Origin: Euglena gracilis
Lineage: Eukaryota
DNA: 64,000 nucleotides
NCBI GenBank assembly: GCA_039621445.1
Contig: CP154954.1
Location: forward strand, 13,510,716-13,574,715
Direction: 5' to 3'
Shown one piece after another: positions 11,816 through 24,963 of the stretch. The position numbers and the translations under genes are program-made. The stretch's first letter is position 1, and the number at the start of each line of letters is the position of its first letter. A model generated the notes under the pieces. That model did not search any database. It saw only the letters and a program-made list of their open reading frames with translations, and was not told the DNA's origin.

Positions 11816-12949
11816 CAGGGCCAGCAGCGCAGCGGCGCGCTCCGGGTGGCCAACAGGCCACACCCCCACCTGTGCCCGTTGTGTCTGCCTTGCCGGCCAA
11901 ACCAGCGCCAACGGCGCAGCCGCCCTGCCGGCACCAGCAAAAGCAGCGCCAAAGGCGCAGGCAATGTCAGTACCGCAAACCCTGGAAGCACCAACGGTTG
12001 CTCCATCCCAAGACTCTATCACGAAAATACGTAGTGCGCCACCACCTGCTGAGCAGTAATTTGCAGCTCATAGAACCACACCAGCGCAGTATCGCGAATG
12101 TTCGGACGAAAACCTCATGCGGATAGCCACCGAAAGAGCAGCTCAAAATAAAATGATTGAACTGCCTAGAGGCCAAACCCTCCCTAATAATAGTCCACCG
12201 CTATTGGCGGATATGCAATATCAACCTGCCGCATACCCAGCATCCAAAATGGCATATGCCCTACAAGAACTGCTCGGACGAGCAACTGATATGAATCCCG
12301 CCTTCTAGCGTCCAACCTCAACCCCTACAAATAAAATGAAGCCAGAAAGGAACTTTCCCGAGTACGATTGGGATTAGGTTATGGCAAAGGTGCACCCAAG
12401 CGAGCACCTGCTGCACGCCAGAAAGACCAAAGCAAAGGCCAAAAAAAGCCTATTCCGTGACTCATATGAGAATGATATGGAAGCTCTATTATTATTATAT
12501 TATTCAATGTGATCATGATCTCGATTTCGATGGCATATGCAGGTTACAAAATTAACTCATTCTACCCGTCCTCGGGTCTTCTCCTGTCATCCCTGTGACA
12601 AAGCAGCTCGATAAGGAGCGTTCGCGTCAGTTCCACCATGATAGAACTTTGTATGTCTTTGAAGGTAACGTCGTCACTGGTCCGATATTAGGTGCCAGTA
12701 TTCTGCCATGTCTGGTTCGTGGCGGGATACCCCACACAAGATTTCAGTAGGTTCGTTAACTCATGTGGTTACCCTTACCTCTAGTGTGGCCTAGAAGACA
12801 GATAACGTACAGATAAAGACCAACTGGGAGTCCCTGGTGATGCACCACCACCCGTATTCGGACGTGGTCGGCTTTACCGGGGGACAGCATATTTTTGCAC
12901 CTATCAGAGCAATTGCGCGAGAAGGCCCTGTGCCAACAACTACAGCGGA

Positions 12950-14800
12950 TCGCCCACATTCACCTACACTCTCACCGGAAACAGCTGAGGACAGTGAACA
13001 GTGTGACGCAGAGGGCGGTCAAGTCCGAATGAAACGCTTGGAGCACATCTCTGCTGAGGAATCTAAGTATGCAGATGTCCCAATAGCCCTACTGGGCTCC
13101 AGGACAACTCTGCCTCACGTGGGAGATGAAAGCCATAGAGCTAAGTCCCCAACACCCGAGGCCGAACGGCCGCTGGTACCACCGGTACCACACGTCTCCT
13201 TACCTAGAGTGCCAATGGCACCACCCACAGAACCCGTCACATCAACGAAATCTCCCACTGCAGTTTTCGCTGGTGTGCTACAGGGATTGTCAGCAGTAAT
13301 GTCTGCTGTCTTTGCTGTGCTGACCCCTCGGGGTTCCCCAGCACCATCGCCCCCTGAAACATAAATGGGTTCCTGCTGAGGATAGCAGCTCAACAGAAGC
13401 ACAGGCTGCCGCCACAGCTCAAATGGAGGAAGATGTGCCAGGTGCTAAGCCAGGAGCTCAAGCCTGGCCAACAGCAGAAATGCAACAACCTCCTGCCAAG
13501 CCGGCATCCCAGACACCACCAATGCCGGAAAGACTACTGCCTCCGGCGGATCCCCGAAAGAATACTGATACGGCAAGAAAACCAGGGCCCCTAAAGTCAA
13601 AGCCCTTGCCGAGGGCACTTGCGAGCCCGCTGAACGGCGGCAGGATGACAAGCCACCGCCTCCTGACGCAACTGGCTCTGGTACAGGCAATAGTCCCACT
13701 ACCACATGACCAGCAATGTGGCTGAAACATCCACAGGAACTAAGTGCAAACCTACCATCACATCGTTTCTGTACAGTGTCCCTGACGAGGCCGAAGAGCA
13801 GCCTTGGACACAGGACGTACTTTCCAGAGTCGACGCCCTGCAAAAACGTCGGGCTAGGATCAACATGATCCGCAACAGCAGTGGTCCCTGGCAGAACAAG
13901 TGGATCAATCCCTTGTCCCAGAAAAAACAACTTGGTGTTTTCACCACCAGCCACTTTTGGCTTTTTTGGAATGTGAAATCTCCAGGGGTATCCGCCCAAT
14001 GTTTTGGAGGAATTTTGCCCCGTATTTCCAGGAAAATGACCGACAATTGTGGTTATGCACAGCATGCCACAGGCTTTGCAACGATGTGCTCGCCGTGCAT
14101 ATATACACACGCAACCCAGATAGCATAAGCTTCCACCATGATGTATATGTGTGCAATTGCGCAGTCTTTATTTGCAGTGACTTACTGGCATGGTCAAGAA
14201 TGGACATTTTCTGCTGGAAAGAAAATAAATATGACAAGGACATACCTGTCCGTTACATCGACTGCCTAACAAGGCAAAATGTCTGGCTTCGTGCCGATGG
14301 CAGTATGACTAGAGGCTTTCCGGAAAACGAAGACCATCTAGTCGAAATTAAAAAAGCACTGTAAGTCCCAACTGTATATTTATCAGTTCGCAAAATTCAA
14401 CGGTGCACACCGCTATATGACAGGCGGAATCACCAAATATTTTCATTTCGACAGGGCAGTTGTCCGGCTCACAGTCGACTCTACTGGAAAGGCCAAAGTG
14501 CCATACGCTTTTCAGATTTCCAATTAGGATTGGGTGATATACCAATTGTTTCAGGAACATCTCTGCAGAACTGGTCACACTATCTTTGCTGCCTGACTAA
14601 CCACCTGCGGCATATGACCTCACTTGTACTGAGCGGGTAAGAGATATCTTATGACCATTTACCATCCGAGGACGAGTCACAAACTGTCACTGCATGGCAG
14701 ATACTGCCCCCCGATGATAGAGATTATTGAAAGTCCCGAAGGCACTTATGATCGTTGATCAAGCCTGGCTCCGAAGCCGATTTTGTTCCGGAGATCAAGC
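12950..14800 (+). pseudogene. Frameshifted copy of cargo ORF-X
   Basis: NKWINPL, WLCTACH..AVHI, FHHDVY, DIPVRYIDCL and WLRADG..ENEDHL align in order with 29070-31310. Multiple frameshifts and stops. Confidence 0.8.
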
Positions 14801-15660
14801 CAGCCAAAAGAACTGCCGTCTGTGCAATCGATACTCCAGGCCGACACACCACAGGTCTATTGTCCCTGTGCTGACAGTTCTGTCAGACCTATACTGCCTG
14901 TATGCAGTATCCGCACTAGGCACATCTGCCAGTATGTAGTTGTTATAGGTACGTCGCCCCTCTCTTTTTGGCTACCGCCGTGGTTACCGAGGTATAAGTC
15001 TCTGGGCATACCCCATCAACAACACGTTGTCCGCTGCGCCCTGTGAATCCTTCACAGAGGTATGCAACGCCAGTAGGAAGACGCACAGTGTACAGCGCGC
15101 ACACCGTAAGAATAGTTACCAACTTGTCACTTTTTGGGCCTGGGGCCCCATAAGACTTCCGGGCTGCAAAGATTCTGCCTAAAGCCTTTTGACCAGCCCC
15201 ACACACCTCTCTCATTTCCCCCAATGGGCAAAGTGGCCGTCGCGGCAGTTGATTTGGTAGGTAGATCTTTCTTCCTGATCCGGTATGACTGGACAGGTGC
15301 CCCTCCTTCCACACCCTACACTGCATTCCCTTCAGATTACGGAATGAGACCTCCCTGAGTGTCATGGGCACACCCCAATCAGGGTAGATGGGACTTTCTG
15401 GAAAAGAAACCTTCCAGCCACATTTTCCCACGGTCTCTTCCATTTCCACCCCTTTGCCGCAATAGGTAGGCAACGCATGAGCAGTTAACCCCTTTTGTAT
15501 GTTTTTGTATTATTCATCACTTTCTTTCCCCACACCCCTTGTGACAGGAGAACCAAAAGCCTCATACGGCTCTGTGGCAGATCCCTGCCACCAGGACTGT
15601 GTCAGGCAATCCTACTGGCCTGGACAAACAGGGAAATCGGGAACAGCCCTGGAGGGGGAA

Positions 15661-16128
15661 CGTGTACCAGGCAGCTGATTTACGGTGTATGAAGGTGTAA
15701 AACTATTGCCAGATATAGTTCTGAGCCTCATACACAGTACTTTGTTGGATGTCATTCCTAAAGATGGCCGAGGGCCTGAATTAGGAACCCACGATCTATA
15801 GAGCAAAACCATATTTGGTTCTCCTCTCCACAGTTAGTATTCTTTAATCTCTATTCTGTTTTCATTATCGTCTATTCTTTATTCTCCGTTTTGTTCTTCA
15901 CTTGTCTTCAAGTAAAGTTTGTTCATTGAAAGGCCTGAAACGACTGCAAATTAATCGGCGTTTGTTTGTCAGCTCCAAAGAGCTTTCTTGCGCAGGATTG
16001 TGCTTTGCATCTTAAGCTTGTTAAAAGGGAAGTCAGCGCTTCATTTGATGTATATCATTTTTCTCTACTTTCTTAAGTAGGCCGCGCACCAAAGGTGAAA
16101 GCAAGGAAAGCAGGGTTGGACGTACACT
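15661..16128 (+). repeat. 3' LTR (CGTGTACC...GTACACT)
   Basis: Preceded by a PPT; direct repeat of 9397-9880. Confidence 0.85.
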
Positions 16129-16133
16129 GAAGA

Positions 16134-17070
16134 CTGTGTGGGGGATTTCCAGCACGGCACGTCTTTTGCATGGACGTGCACTTTGTGCCACTATGTGCGC
16201 CACAACCACCTCCTTGTGCATGTGTGCAAGCGGCAAGTGCAATCTCGGTCGTCCCGCCACAGGGCATATGTGCTGAACTGCGTGGCTGTCGTATGTAGCG
16301 AGTGTCTGAACCTCTGCAAGCACAGCTTTAACTGCTCCTAGAGTGAGAATGCTCACGGCAGGGAAATCCCTTCCCTGTGCATCAACTATGTGGGTGCCAA
16401 GTTCGTGCAGACAGCCGGTAGCCGGTGGCACGGTCACCACCACTGTCGCCCATCACTGGGAGACGTTGGAGAAGTAGAAGAAGGAGTACAAACAGTTGGA
16501 AGGCTGCCTGAAGCACTCCGAATTCAAAAATGCAGAAAACTACAACCACACGGGAATGCCCCTGAGTTCCAGATCGACGGTTGGGCAATGCGTCTCGCGG
16601 TCGAGGATGGTGCCATGGTAAAAATGCCTTACCACTGGTCCGACCGGGAAACAACGGTCCCCGTCGTTATCCATAGGTCATAATGGCGGACACGCCCTGC
16701 CGTACTGGCCACTCAAAGAACACCACTTGGTGCACATGGGCTGGTTTTAGGTTGTATGTATTACGGCACCACACGGCAAGGACTCGGACAGCGAACTGGA
16801 CGTACGACGTCAAACTCAAGCAGTATCCGGGGATCACCCACCCGGCGTGTGCAAACGACCCCGGATGAATTATATCATCTGGCGGGTGATGCTGACTAGA
16901 ATTGTCTGGGATCAGCTCCAACGGTATCGTCAGCATCATACTGTATGTACCAGGGAGAAGCATACGGACCGTTGGATCAAGGAGTGGGATACTCCAGCCG
17001 TTGATGTCTCCAGCCGTTGATGTCAACAACCCGTAGCACAAAAGCATCTGAAGCGAAGTCACTCCGCCGC
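16134..17070 (+). pseudogene. Decayed 3' part of cargo ORF-X (continuation of 8070-9396)
   Basis: AWTCTLCHYVRHNHLLVHVC...AVVCSECL aligns with TWLCTVCHNIRNSTPAVHVC...ALICGDCL. FQIDGWAMRLAVE matches FQTDSGGIRLAVE. Confidence 0.78.
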
Positions 17071-18027
17071 GTTCTCCGCCCCGGTCGAGGACCCATTAGG
17101 GGGCCGTTAACACCACTGCTGCCGTGAAGTGCGCTTAAGCCTAGCCGATAAAGGCAGGTGAGAGAACTGAGAGTACCAATGCGGTCTTTTCCAGCGCATT
17201 TGTCAGTTATTCGCCTGACAGCGTGGTATTACACCGCACTATGTACCCATATGGGGGAGAATGACTTTCCTCTACCCTGTTTCGGGTCGTCCCCCGAACA
17301 CCAACCCTTTGCGTTGTTTGCCGCCAGTAACTCTCAACCGTGGTGCTGCAATGTGCAGGATTCTGTGCGCATGCACACAGACGTTTCTCAACTCTCGTGC
17401 ACGTGTGACGCACGCAGCGCACAGGGCCGACAGCCTACTTTCCTTTCCTTTTCTTTTCGGCCATTTGACGCCATAAGGCTGTCCAACAGCACAACTTTCC
17501 TTTTCCAAAGCCACCCCCGCCCACCACTCCTATCTACTTTCCCCCAAGGGCAAAATGATGGGTTAGGCAGTTGGTTTTGTAGAATATGTTTTCTTTTGCG
17601 TGGTCAGGTTCGACTTGCCATGCCCCATGCCCACATCTGACTGGTCAGAGGTCCCTTCCTTTTCCACAACATCCATGTAGTTTTTCCTGGAATGCCCGTG
17701 TACCCAACCCCAAGTGCCTTGGGTACACCCAAATTAGTTGGATGGGTTTGCTTGGCTAGGAAACCTGTCAACACCATTTTACCCCTGATGGACTAAAATA
17801 TACTTCATCCTTAAGTCACTGCAGAGTAATTGAAACCATTTTGCGTGTTTTCGTATTTTTGGGTTCCACTATTCTCTCCCTCTAATGAGTGGATCCTCGT
17901 GCGACGGGAAAGGGGATCCTGAGAATGCGTCAGGGTGCACCTCACACAGACCAGGTCTGTGTCCGGAGTCCTTCTGAACAGAATGCCTGGTTCAGAAGGT
18001 AGATCGGGCATAGCACTGGGAGGGGGA

Positions 18028-18328
18028 TGTGTACCAGGGGTATGCTATCTGCTCTTCCGATGAGGAAGTCAGTATGAGAGCAGATCCTATTAGGATCTTC
18101 TCAGCCCCCTTTCTCTCTCCACAGGTGGTAGTCTGCTTATATCTTTTATAAAGTGTGCACCATAAAATCAACTGTGATTTTTCCTTTTGTATCCTTCCCT
18201 GTGCTTTGCGTCTGCCGTGCGGGGAGCTAAAAGGTGTTTTTCTGCTCCTCTCATTTTCAGTCGCCTATGTAGGTGCGACAAGATAAAGCGAGGCTTTTGC
18301 GGGCAACAGGGAACATGAGATGTACACT
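18028..18328 (+). repeat. 3' LTR of the host ORF-X family element
   Basis: PPT GGGAGGGGGA directly upstream; ends TGTGTACC...TGTACACT. Homologous to 58800-59127. The upstream region matches 15540-15660 and 31580-31693. Confidence 0.8.
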
Positions 18329-18724
18329 AGATTCCCCAAAGACAGGGCATCCCTTCAAGAAGATCAACAGCATACCCTGAGGGCCCTAGGGGTGAAAACG
18401 GAACCCTGGTGAAGCCATCTGGGCATATAAATTACATGGATGAAAAGTCCGGATAGACCCTCCTGCTCCTGAGGTTGTAAATAAGTCGAATATGACAGCA
18501 GAAGAATGTTCCCCAGCAACTTGTTAATTAATCAAAACTGGCGTTCAGCCCCCGTGGGTAAACCCACCAAAATTGTCAATCCATCCAAAAAACGGAGCAA
18601 ACTTTGACACGAACCAGCAGAAACAATCCTGCAGGATTACAAAAAAATCTGGTTCAATAAAATTGGTGGAGAATTTGAACACCCAACACCTAATCCCATG
18701 GTTTTTTGTTTCGAAAGCAGAAGG

Positions 18725-18932
18725 TGTGTGTGGCGGACGGGATAGCCTACGACGGTAGGTAACCCGCGCGTAGTACAAAGCCGAGTATCGCTCGAGTAAC
18801 TTATTCGGTAAGGTGCTGTGCTCACACGCAGGAGGTCGTGGGTTCAAGACCCAGGCCCCGCCTTGTGAGTCCTGGTTAATCCCGCACGGGAAGATGGCGT
18901 AAGAGGGATCGACCGGCGCGTGCAACTACGCA
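18725..18932 (+). mobile_element. Probable solo LTR of the tRNA-containing TRIM family
   Basis: Starts TGTGTGTGGCGGACGG and contains GCTCACACGCAGGAGGTCGTGGGTTCAAGACCC. Flanks are GAAGG/CAAGG. No PBS follows. Confidence 0.72.
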
Positions 18933-19120
18933 CAAGGACGAAGACACTGTTTGGCCGGACCTTATGCATGGTTTCCCGCTTGGGTACGTGTCATGGCGAG
19001 TAGTAGGAGCTTCCTCACCGTGGCCGTCCAACAGCTAGTGGTGAAAACCTACATACAGAAGGGAGGCAGAAAAAGTGGAGATTAATAAGCGGCTGAAGGG
19101 AACTGAAGCGGGAGTTCTCA

Positions 19121-19250
19121 GTGAAACCTTTCAAGCTGGATAATATTCAGCATATTTCTCCGTTCTGGAGAAAGGCCACTGCGCTGCCAAATAGGCCTCA
19201 AGGACACATACTTGCACACCACTGTGAGCCAGGCCCTAAGGGCGCCTTTT
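19121..19250 (+). pseudogene. DIRS/Ngaro-like reverse transcriptase fragment (motif A region)
   Basis: Reads KPFKLDNIQHI / SVLEKGHCAAK / LKDTYLH across frameshifts. Homologous to the minus-strand RT remnant at ~58300-58400. Confidence 0.6.
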
Positions 19251-19879
19251 TTAAGACATCACAGTTTCGGGGCCAAAAAGGAGGTTTTGGGGTGAAATTT
19301 GGCCTGTGGTTGCCTGAGTTCTGGAGTCCCATCCCCCTGCCCATTTTCTCACAGATGGAGGGGGGTTGGGGAACAAAACCTCCACTTCTTGGCTTTCTTT
19401 GTTGATTTGTTGATTTTCCATTGCAATTCCAAACGTAAATCCAAGGCTTGAATTGACAATGATATTTAATTGTACTTGCACCATTTCACAGAATAAGAGG
19501 AAAACCCTGTGAGAGGAATATGATTTTGATGCCTTTGATGGGCAGTTGTATTTTGGTTTGAGTGCGCTGATTCCTAAGGGCTCTCCAAACCCAAATTCTT
19601 GCCCATTGCATCCAGACCAATCAACTCAAGTCAAAGTAAAAGGTTCCCCCCTTAATGATGATAAATTTTACTGAATTCCATCATTATTGAGTTTTTCAAA
19701 CGCTTGCAACAACTCCGGGAACTCTGTCGTCAACCTCTTAAAATTATGTTCCAAGCGCTTGCAAGAGGTCTCACCAAATCCAAAATTTTTCCTTAAAACT
19801 AAAGGAAAAATGCATAAAAAGGTTAAAAAAAATGCTAAATAGACCCAAAATAACCGTTTGGGAATACCTAACCTCACCC

Positions 19880-20400
19880 AATCCCTCTCCTTGCACAACC
19901 AACGCATGGGCGCCTTGGGGGAGGAAATGTTTAGTAAAATGTTCATAAAGCCTTAAAATTAGAGCTAAACGGCAAAAACTCCTCAAAGGGTCGTTAAGAT
20001 GCGTAATCACAACCTTGCCCAGATCCTTTTTTATAGTCTTTACTTTTTGATACTTGTGGTTTTCCTTCTTGGAAACTTTTGTTGAAAACCCAGGTGATTT
20101 ACTTCCTGGGTCGGGTGCACAGTGTACTTTTTTGTGTGTATCTTGAATCCTCAACTGATATAAATCCCTGTCGACTGTGTACGCATAATTTTGCAAAACG
20201 CGTTTGGTGGGGGCCAGCTATAAAATGTCGTTCCAAGGTATACGAATACCTGTATGCCCCATTTTCTCATCAGCTTTTCGAATGTTTTCATGACACCCAT
20301 GAAGACTTAAGGCATGATATTTGGCCGAAACAGCCGGACTGGAACTCCCAAGTCTGCTTCCCCAGATGTCATGGGGGCCAATTTGTGCAGGAAAAATAAC
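19880..20400 (-). pseudogene. DIRS/Ngaro-like reverse transcriptase remnant
   Basis: WEFQSGCFG / NIMP*VFMGVMKTFEKLMRKWGIQVFVYL(DD, frameshifted) / GFKIHTKK..HPTQEVNHLGF, which is the RT motif spacing of tyrosine-recombinase retrotransposons. Confidence 0.72.
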
Positions 20401-21739
20401 CGTTCAGGTGCCACAGAATCTGCCGGGCAACGAATGCCGCACGCAAAAACGGGCAAACTTTTCAAGGCTTGGGAAAAAAGCAAAGCCACAACACAGAGGA
20501 AAGGTTCAGAACTCCATCTTGTCATTGTCGAGGGGGGAATGGTTGCAGCGGCTCCATCGACAACTTGGACATCTCAGAATTAAGCATCAGTCTCCTCTGC
20601 CTTCTTAGACTTGATTGAGTGGGCTTCAGACGAACTTCTGTCTTCATCTCATCTTCCACATCACATTGCTGAACATTGCATTCCACATCCTGCAGCATGT
20701 CATCTCTGGCAATGTCTTCGTCAGTCTGCACCCCAATGTCAGAACTTGTCATCACACATTGCCTCCCATGGCATTTACAGCCGGGGTACAGTCGCAGCAG
20801 GGGCTCGTCAGTGAACTGTCTTCCATGAACTCTCTTGAATCCATTCTGACTTCTCCTTGATGTGCACAGCACACATAGGCATTCCAAGCAGTAAGACCAT
20901 TCATTCCTCAAGGCCAAACTTGCACCTTTCACACATGCCAGCTTCAGGCCATGGCAACTGCACAAATGGCTGAACCACACACAGACACAGACAGAGATCT
21001 TGCTGGCGGGCATCCCACCTTGACTTCTCTGGTGGAGGTTCCTCTGGGGGCGAACCACTGATTGTACAGGGCTGAATACACTGATTGTGTCGGACTGAGT
21101 GCTCCTCCGCCGCTATTCCCTGGTCTGGCATGTGCCAATCAGACGTTCCGAAACTTGAACTTTTTGCTTTTTTCCCCTTGGGTGCCAGTTGCCAAAATAA
21201 TTTTAATAGCACGAAGCAGTCCCTAAAATGCAGAACAATGCATTGCCAGGATGTGAATTAGGATCTTCCTCTCCGCGCGACTGTCACAGGGTGTTGGCTC
21301 TCACTGGTTCAGCTCAGCAGGGAAGGGGTGAAACCCCAAAGGCACTCCCCTTGGAGATCCCAGTGACACTCCCTCAGGGGTGGGGAGGGTCCACTGGGAG
21401 GTTCCTCCTTGGAAATGATGGCCCAGTTCCGGCCACAGGGGGGGGCCAGAATAGGAATAAAACTTCCGACACAAGTCGGCACGAGGAGCCAAAAAACAAC
21501 ACTACGCCGGAAACTGGCCCGGCTCGGGGGTTTCCGCCTCACCCCAGCACTGCCGTGAAACATGGTAGCACAGGATCGAAACAATCCAAGCATGTTATAG
21601 GCATAACTGACTGCCATTTTAGGCCAAATAAGGTGCAACCGAACTGGCCCTGCCTTTTTCAATGACTTTCACGAACTCTGTGTGCAATTTTTTGGTCAAA
21701 AACTCAGCAGCCCTCTGGGATTCAAACTCCAAATCCGAG

Positions 21740-23700
21740 AGAGCCGCTGTCCGTGTCCCAGCGCAAACCGTCGTCCTCCGCGGTACAACGTGCACCGTCC
21801 CACCCGCAGCCGTCCCGCACGCAAGTGCAGCAGTCCGCGCTGTCGTCGCATCCGTCTGCACCGGCATTGCGTCCCCCCAGCACCGCCGCCCCACCAGCGC
21901 ATTGATCAGCACAGCACCCGGCATCACACCCGCAAGCCGCGACCGCCGCCAATGTTCAAGCCGCCAGCACCAGTTCCGGTACCGGTGGCTTCTGCTCAGT
22001 CTGTCCGAGTCCAAGTTCGACCAATCTCCAAAGTGACTGTGCCAGTGTCAAGCCAGCCGCTGTGTGCCGGAGGCACCGAACCGCAGTGTGCAGAAGGCAC
22101 GGTGTACCAGCAAGCCGTCCATCCCAACCCATTGCATGCCATGCATCAGACACCCGCGGTGGCGTTTGCCACCGGGATGTCTCACCAGCCAGCCTTGCAG
22201 CCAACAGCCCACACTGCCGGCGGGCCCCCGCCGGTGGTGCAGTCCGCGGTGTGGCAACACCGGCGGACCCAGCCAACCCGCCCGCGTCGCGGCTCCGACC
22301 CGAGCTGCGGCCCGTGCGATCCCGCCCGGTTCCGACAAATGCAGCACCGATGCTCCTCATGCTTGCGGGGGCTGGTGTGCCCGCACCCGTGAGGGGAACC
22401 GCCATCCGAGAACTCCAAGCAACCACCCTGCCGCTGGCGGCTCCCAGCTGCAGATACTGCCACCGCACCTCCTGGATACCCTCTGGGGGTGGCATCCGGG
22501 CCGGATCTCGCATCCTACCTCCGTGAGGTGGAGGGGATGGTCCACCTCCTTAGAGTGGCGCAGGGGGTGGCGCTGCTGCGGAGTACGGTGGATGAGGCGA
22601 CGGCGTTGCACATCGACCTGATGGTGGAGAACTACCCGGAGATGCCGTTCGAGGAGCTGTGGGCGGGGCTGGACATGGAGCTGGGTGGAGACGACCGAGA
22701 AGGTCTACGAAGAAATCTCCGTCTCCTCAAGGTGGTGACGCGGGGCAAGCTGACGGAAAGACAGTGGCGGGAGTACTTTGTCAACGCCAAGGTGGAGGCG
22801 ATGCAAATCGGCTCATAACGGACGTGGAGCTAGCCCGCCTGGTGGTGGACCAGCTAGGCCAGCCATGGAGAAAGCAGCTGGCCCATGCGAAGGATCGGCG
22901 CCGTGACCACGCGGCGCTGTTCCTGGAAGGCCTACCGGAGGATGTGACGGTGGCGGAAGCGACGGAGATGGTGGTGGAAGAGACGGGCGTCGTGCCGAAG
23001 AAAGTGGATCGCCAAGGCCGAGGAATCAAGGTGGTCCCAGTGGATGCCGACCACCGGGCGGCCGTCAAGGCGGTGTACGACCGGCAGAAACTGTCTGGTG
23101 GAGCCATAGTCCGGGTGGCACCCGACACTGTGGAGTCCACCGCCACCCCAGTCAACGACCTCATGGTGCGGTGGCTGAGGGTGGATGGGCGACCACGAGC
23201 CGGTCCATCGCAAGCCGGCAGCACCCACGAGATGGCAGCGGGAAGTGGACGTCGAAGATGACGATGACGAGACCGACACCAAGGCCAATCAAGGATTCCA
23301 GGAGGAGTCCAACATCAAGGAAGTGAAGAAGGAGACGGGGAAGAAAGAAAAGAAAGGCAACACAAAGAAGGTGGACGAGACCAAGGACCCCAACGATGCA
23401 CAAGGCTGGGCTGGCCGAGGCAAAGGCAAACAGCAGCCATGGAATGAAGAATGAACCGGCAAAGGCGAAGCCCAAGGGAAGGATGGTGGAAAATGCAAAG
23501 GCAAGGGTAAGGGGAAAGGCAAAGGCAGTGAGAATGGTTCCGGCACAGGTGAAGCGGCCGGGACGACATCGACGCTGCAATGACGGGGCCGTTCAGGTAC
23601 CAAGGGGAACGGCCTGGACCGGCAGTCAACCCCCCAGCCGACATCCGCACCAGGGAGACGGCTGGTAAGAGCAGTGGAGTATGAAGAAGAAGGATGGCGG
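21740..23700 (+). pseudogene. gag-like region of a Ty3/Gypsy element (frameshifted)
   Basis: GC-rich coding-like sequence with a Pro-rich N-terminus, helical ORFs at 22489-22818 and 22659-23261, and a KGKGKGKG tract. Lies upstream of an aspartic protease motif. Confidence 0.55.
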
Positions 23701-24082
23701 CTGGTCCAAAGAAAGAGAAGAGGCAGGAAGTCTCCAAAGGAAGGGGTCAGACCCTGCCTGCGGCAGGTGTCGAAGGCGAAGCCGACACCATCCTCCCCAT
23801 CAACATCACTGAGTCTGCCGAAGTCAAAGGTGACATCATCAACTCCGACAAACCCGAAGGTGACATAATCGTCCTCATCAACGCCGACGGAATAGGCAAC
23901 GAAGAGTCGGCAAGAATCGTCAGCAACAGCGCTGACAACATCATCACCGAAGGCATCATCAAGTATCCACAAGACACCACCACAAGAAAGACAAGCACCG
24001 GCGAAGGAGGTGAAGAAAAGCACCGACGAAGAAGGAGAGGAAAGAGCCGATTAAGAAGGCCGCGAAGGAAGAGAAGGAAAGA

Positions 24083-24569
24083 TGGGCGCTGGACCTGTTC
24101 TCCGGAACGGCCAGTGTCAGAAGAGCGATGGCGAAGATGAGCTTCAAGGTGATCAGCATGGACTGGGACGAGCAGTGGAAGGCGGACATCGTGGCCGACG
24201 TGAGGAAGTTGAGGTACATCGCGGCGTCCCTGCCCTGTACCGAGTACTCCACAGCCCTCACCACCCGCAAGACCAGGCTGCGCCTGGTGAATTGAAAACC
24301 CGAGGTTCGGCTTGCTGCGGTAGCGACGAGTCCTGGCGGCGTGCGGTACATGGATGTGGACTACTGCCGCTTCGCGGAGTATGGCTATCGCAAGCCGTCC
24401 CGCTTCTGGGCTGGACGACGTCATCTGCCGTGTAAAGTGCAGCAGCATGGTGGAAGGACCAGACGGCGAATTACGACACCGGCTGCAGCTGGGAGGCACT
24501 GGCGGCGAGCGCAGGTGCACAAGGGAGGAGGCCTATTGCATCCCGGAGGGGGTGGTGCGGTACCTGTGA
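24083..24569 (+). pseudogene. C5 cytosine DNA methyltransferase domain within a retrotransposon polyprotein (disrupted)
   Basis: Ordered motifs: ALDLFSGTASV (motif I), VISMDWD..ADIVADV (II/III), AASLPCTEYS (IV, catalytic PC), W*IENP (VI), DYCRFAEYGYRKPSRFW (VII/VIII) and AYCIPEGVVRYL (C-terminal). Contains deletions, stops and frameshifts. Confidence 0.85.
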
Positions 24570-24699
24570 CTCGGGGTGAAGGCACAGGAAGAAGTGGCGG
24601 CGGCGGAGGAGGCGAACAAGAAGCGGAAGGTGGTGGTGCGGCCGTGGGAGAACCTCCCGAACCGGCCGTTCACGGTCTGTCCGACAGAGAACCGTGGGG

Positions 24700-24963
24700 G
24701 GTGTAACATACTGCTGATGGACGTGGAGGTGGAGGCAGGCGGGATGAAGACCCAGGCGAAGGCATTGATCGATACAGGGGCGCAGACTTCCCTCGCGAAA
24801 TGGAGCTGTTCCCGAAGTCGGTGTTCCACGCGACGGCGAGACCCTTGGTGCTACGCACGGTGAGCAGGGAAGCACCACCCGGAGGACAACGAGAAGCAGA
24901 GCTGAATCTGTCCTTCGCGGCCCAGACTGACGACGAGGAGCGGAGACCAACGTCGTGGACAAC
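24700..24963 (+). pseudogene. Retropepsin-like aspartic protease (truncated by a LINE insertion)
   Basis: KALIDTGAQTSL at ~24760-24795, followed after a frameshift by PLVLRTVS..PGGQRE. Confidence 0.8.

Larger units (their letters stand above)
9397..16128 (+). mobile_element. Complete, old, pol-less LTR element (ORF-X family) nested in another family member
   Basis: Diverged direct repeats at 9397-9880 and 15661-16128. Degenerate PBS TGGAAGCA at 9881. PPT GGAGGGGGAA at 15651-15660. TSD GAAGA at 9392-9396 and 16129-16133. The interrupted ORF-X resumes after 16133. Confidence 0.85.
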
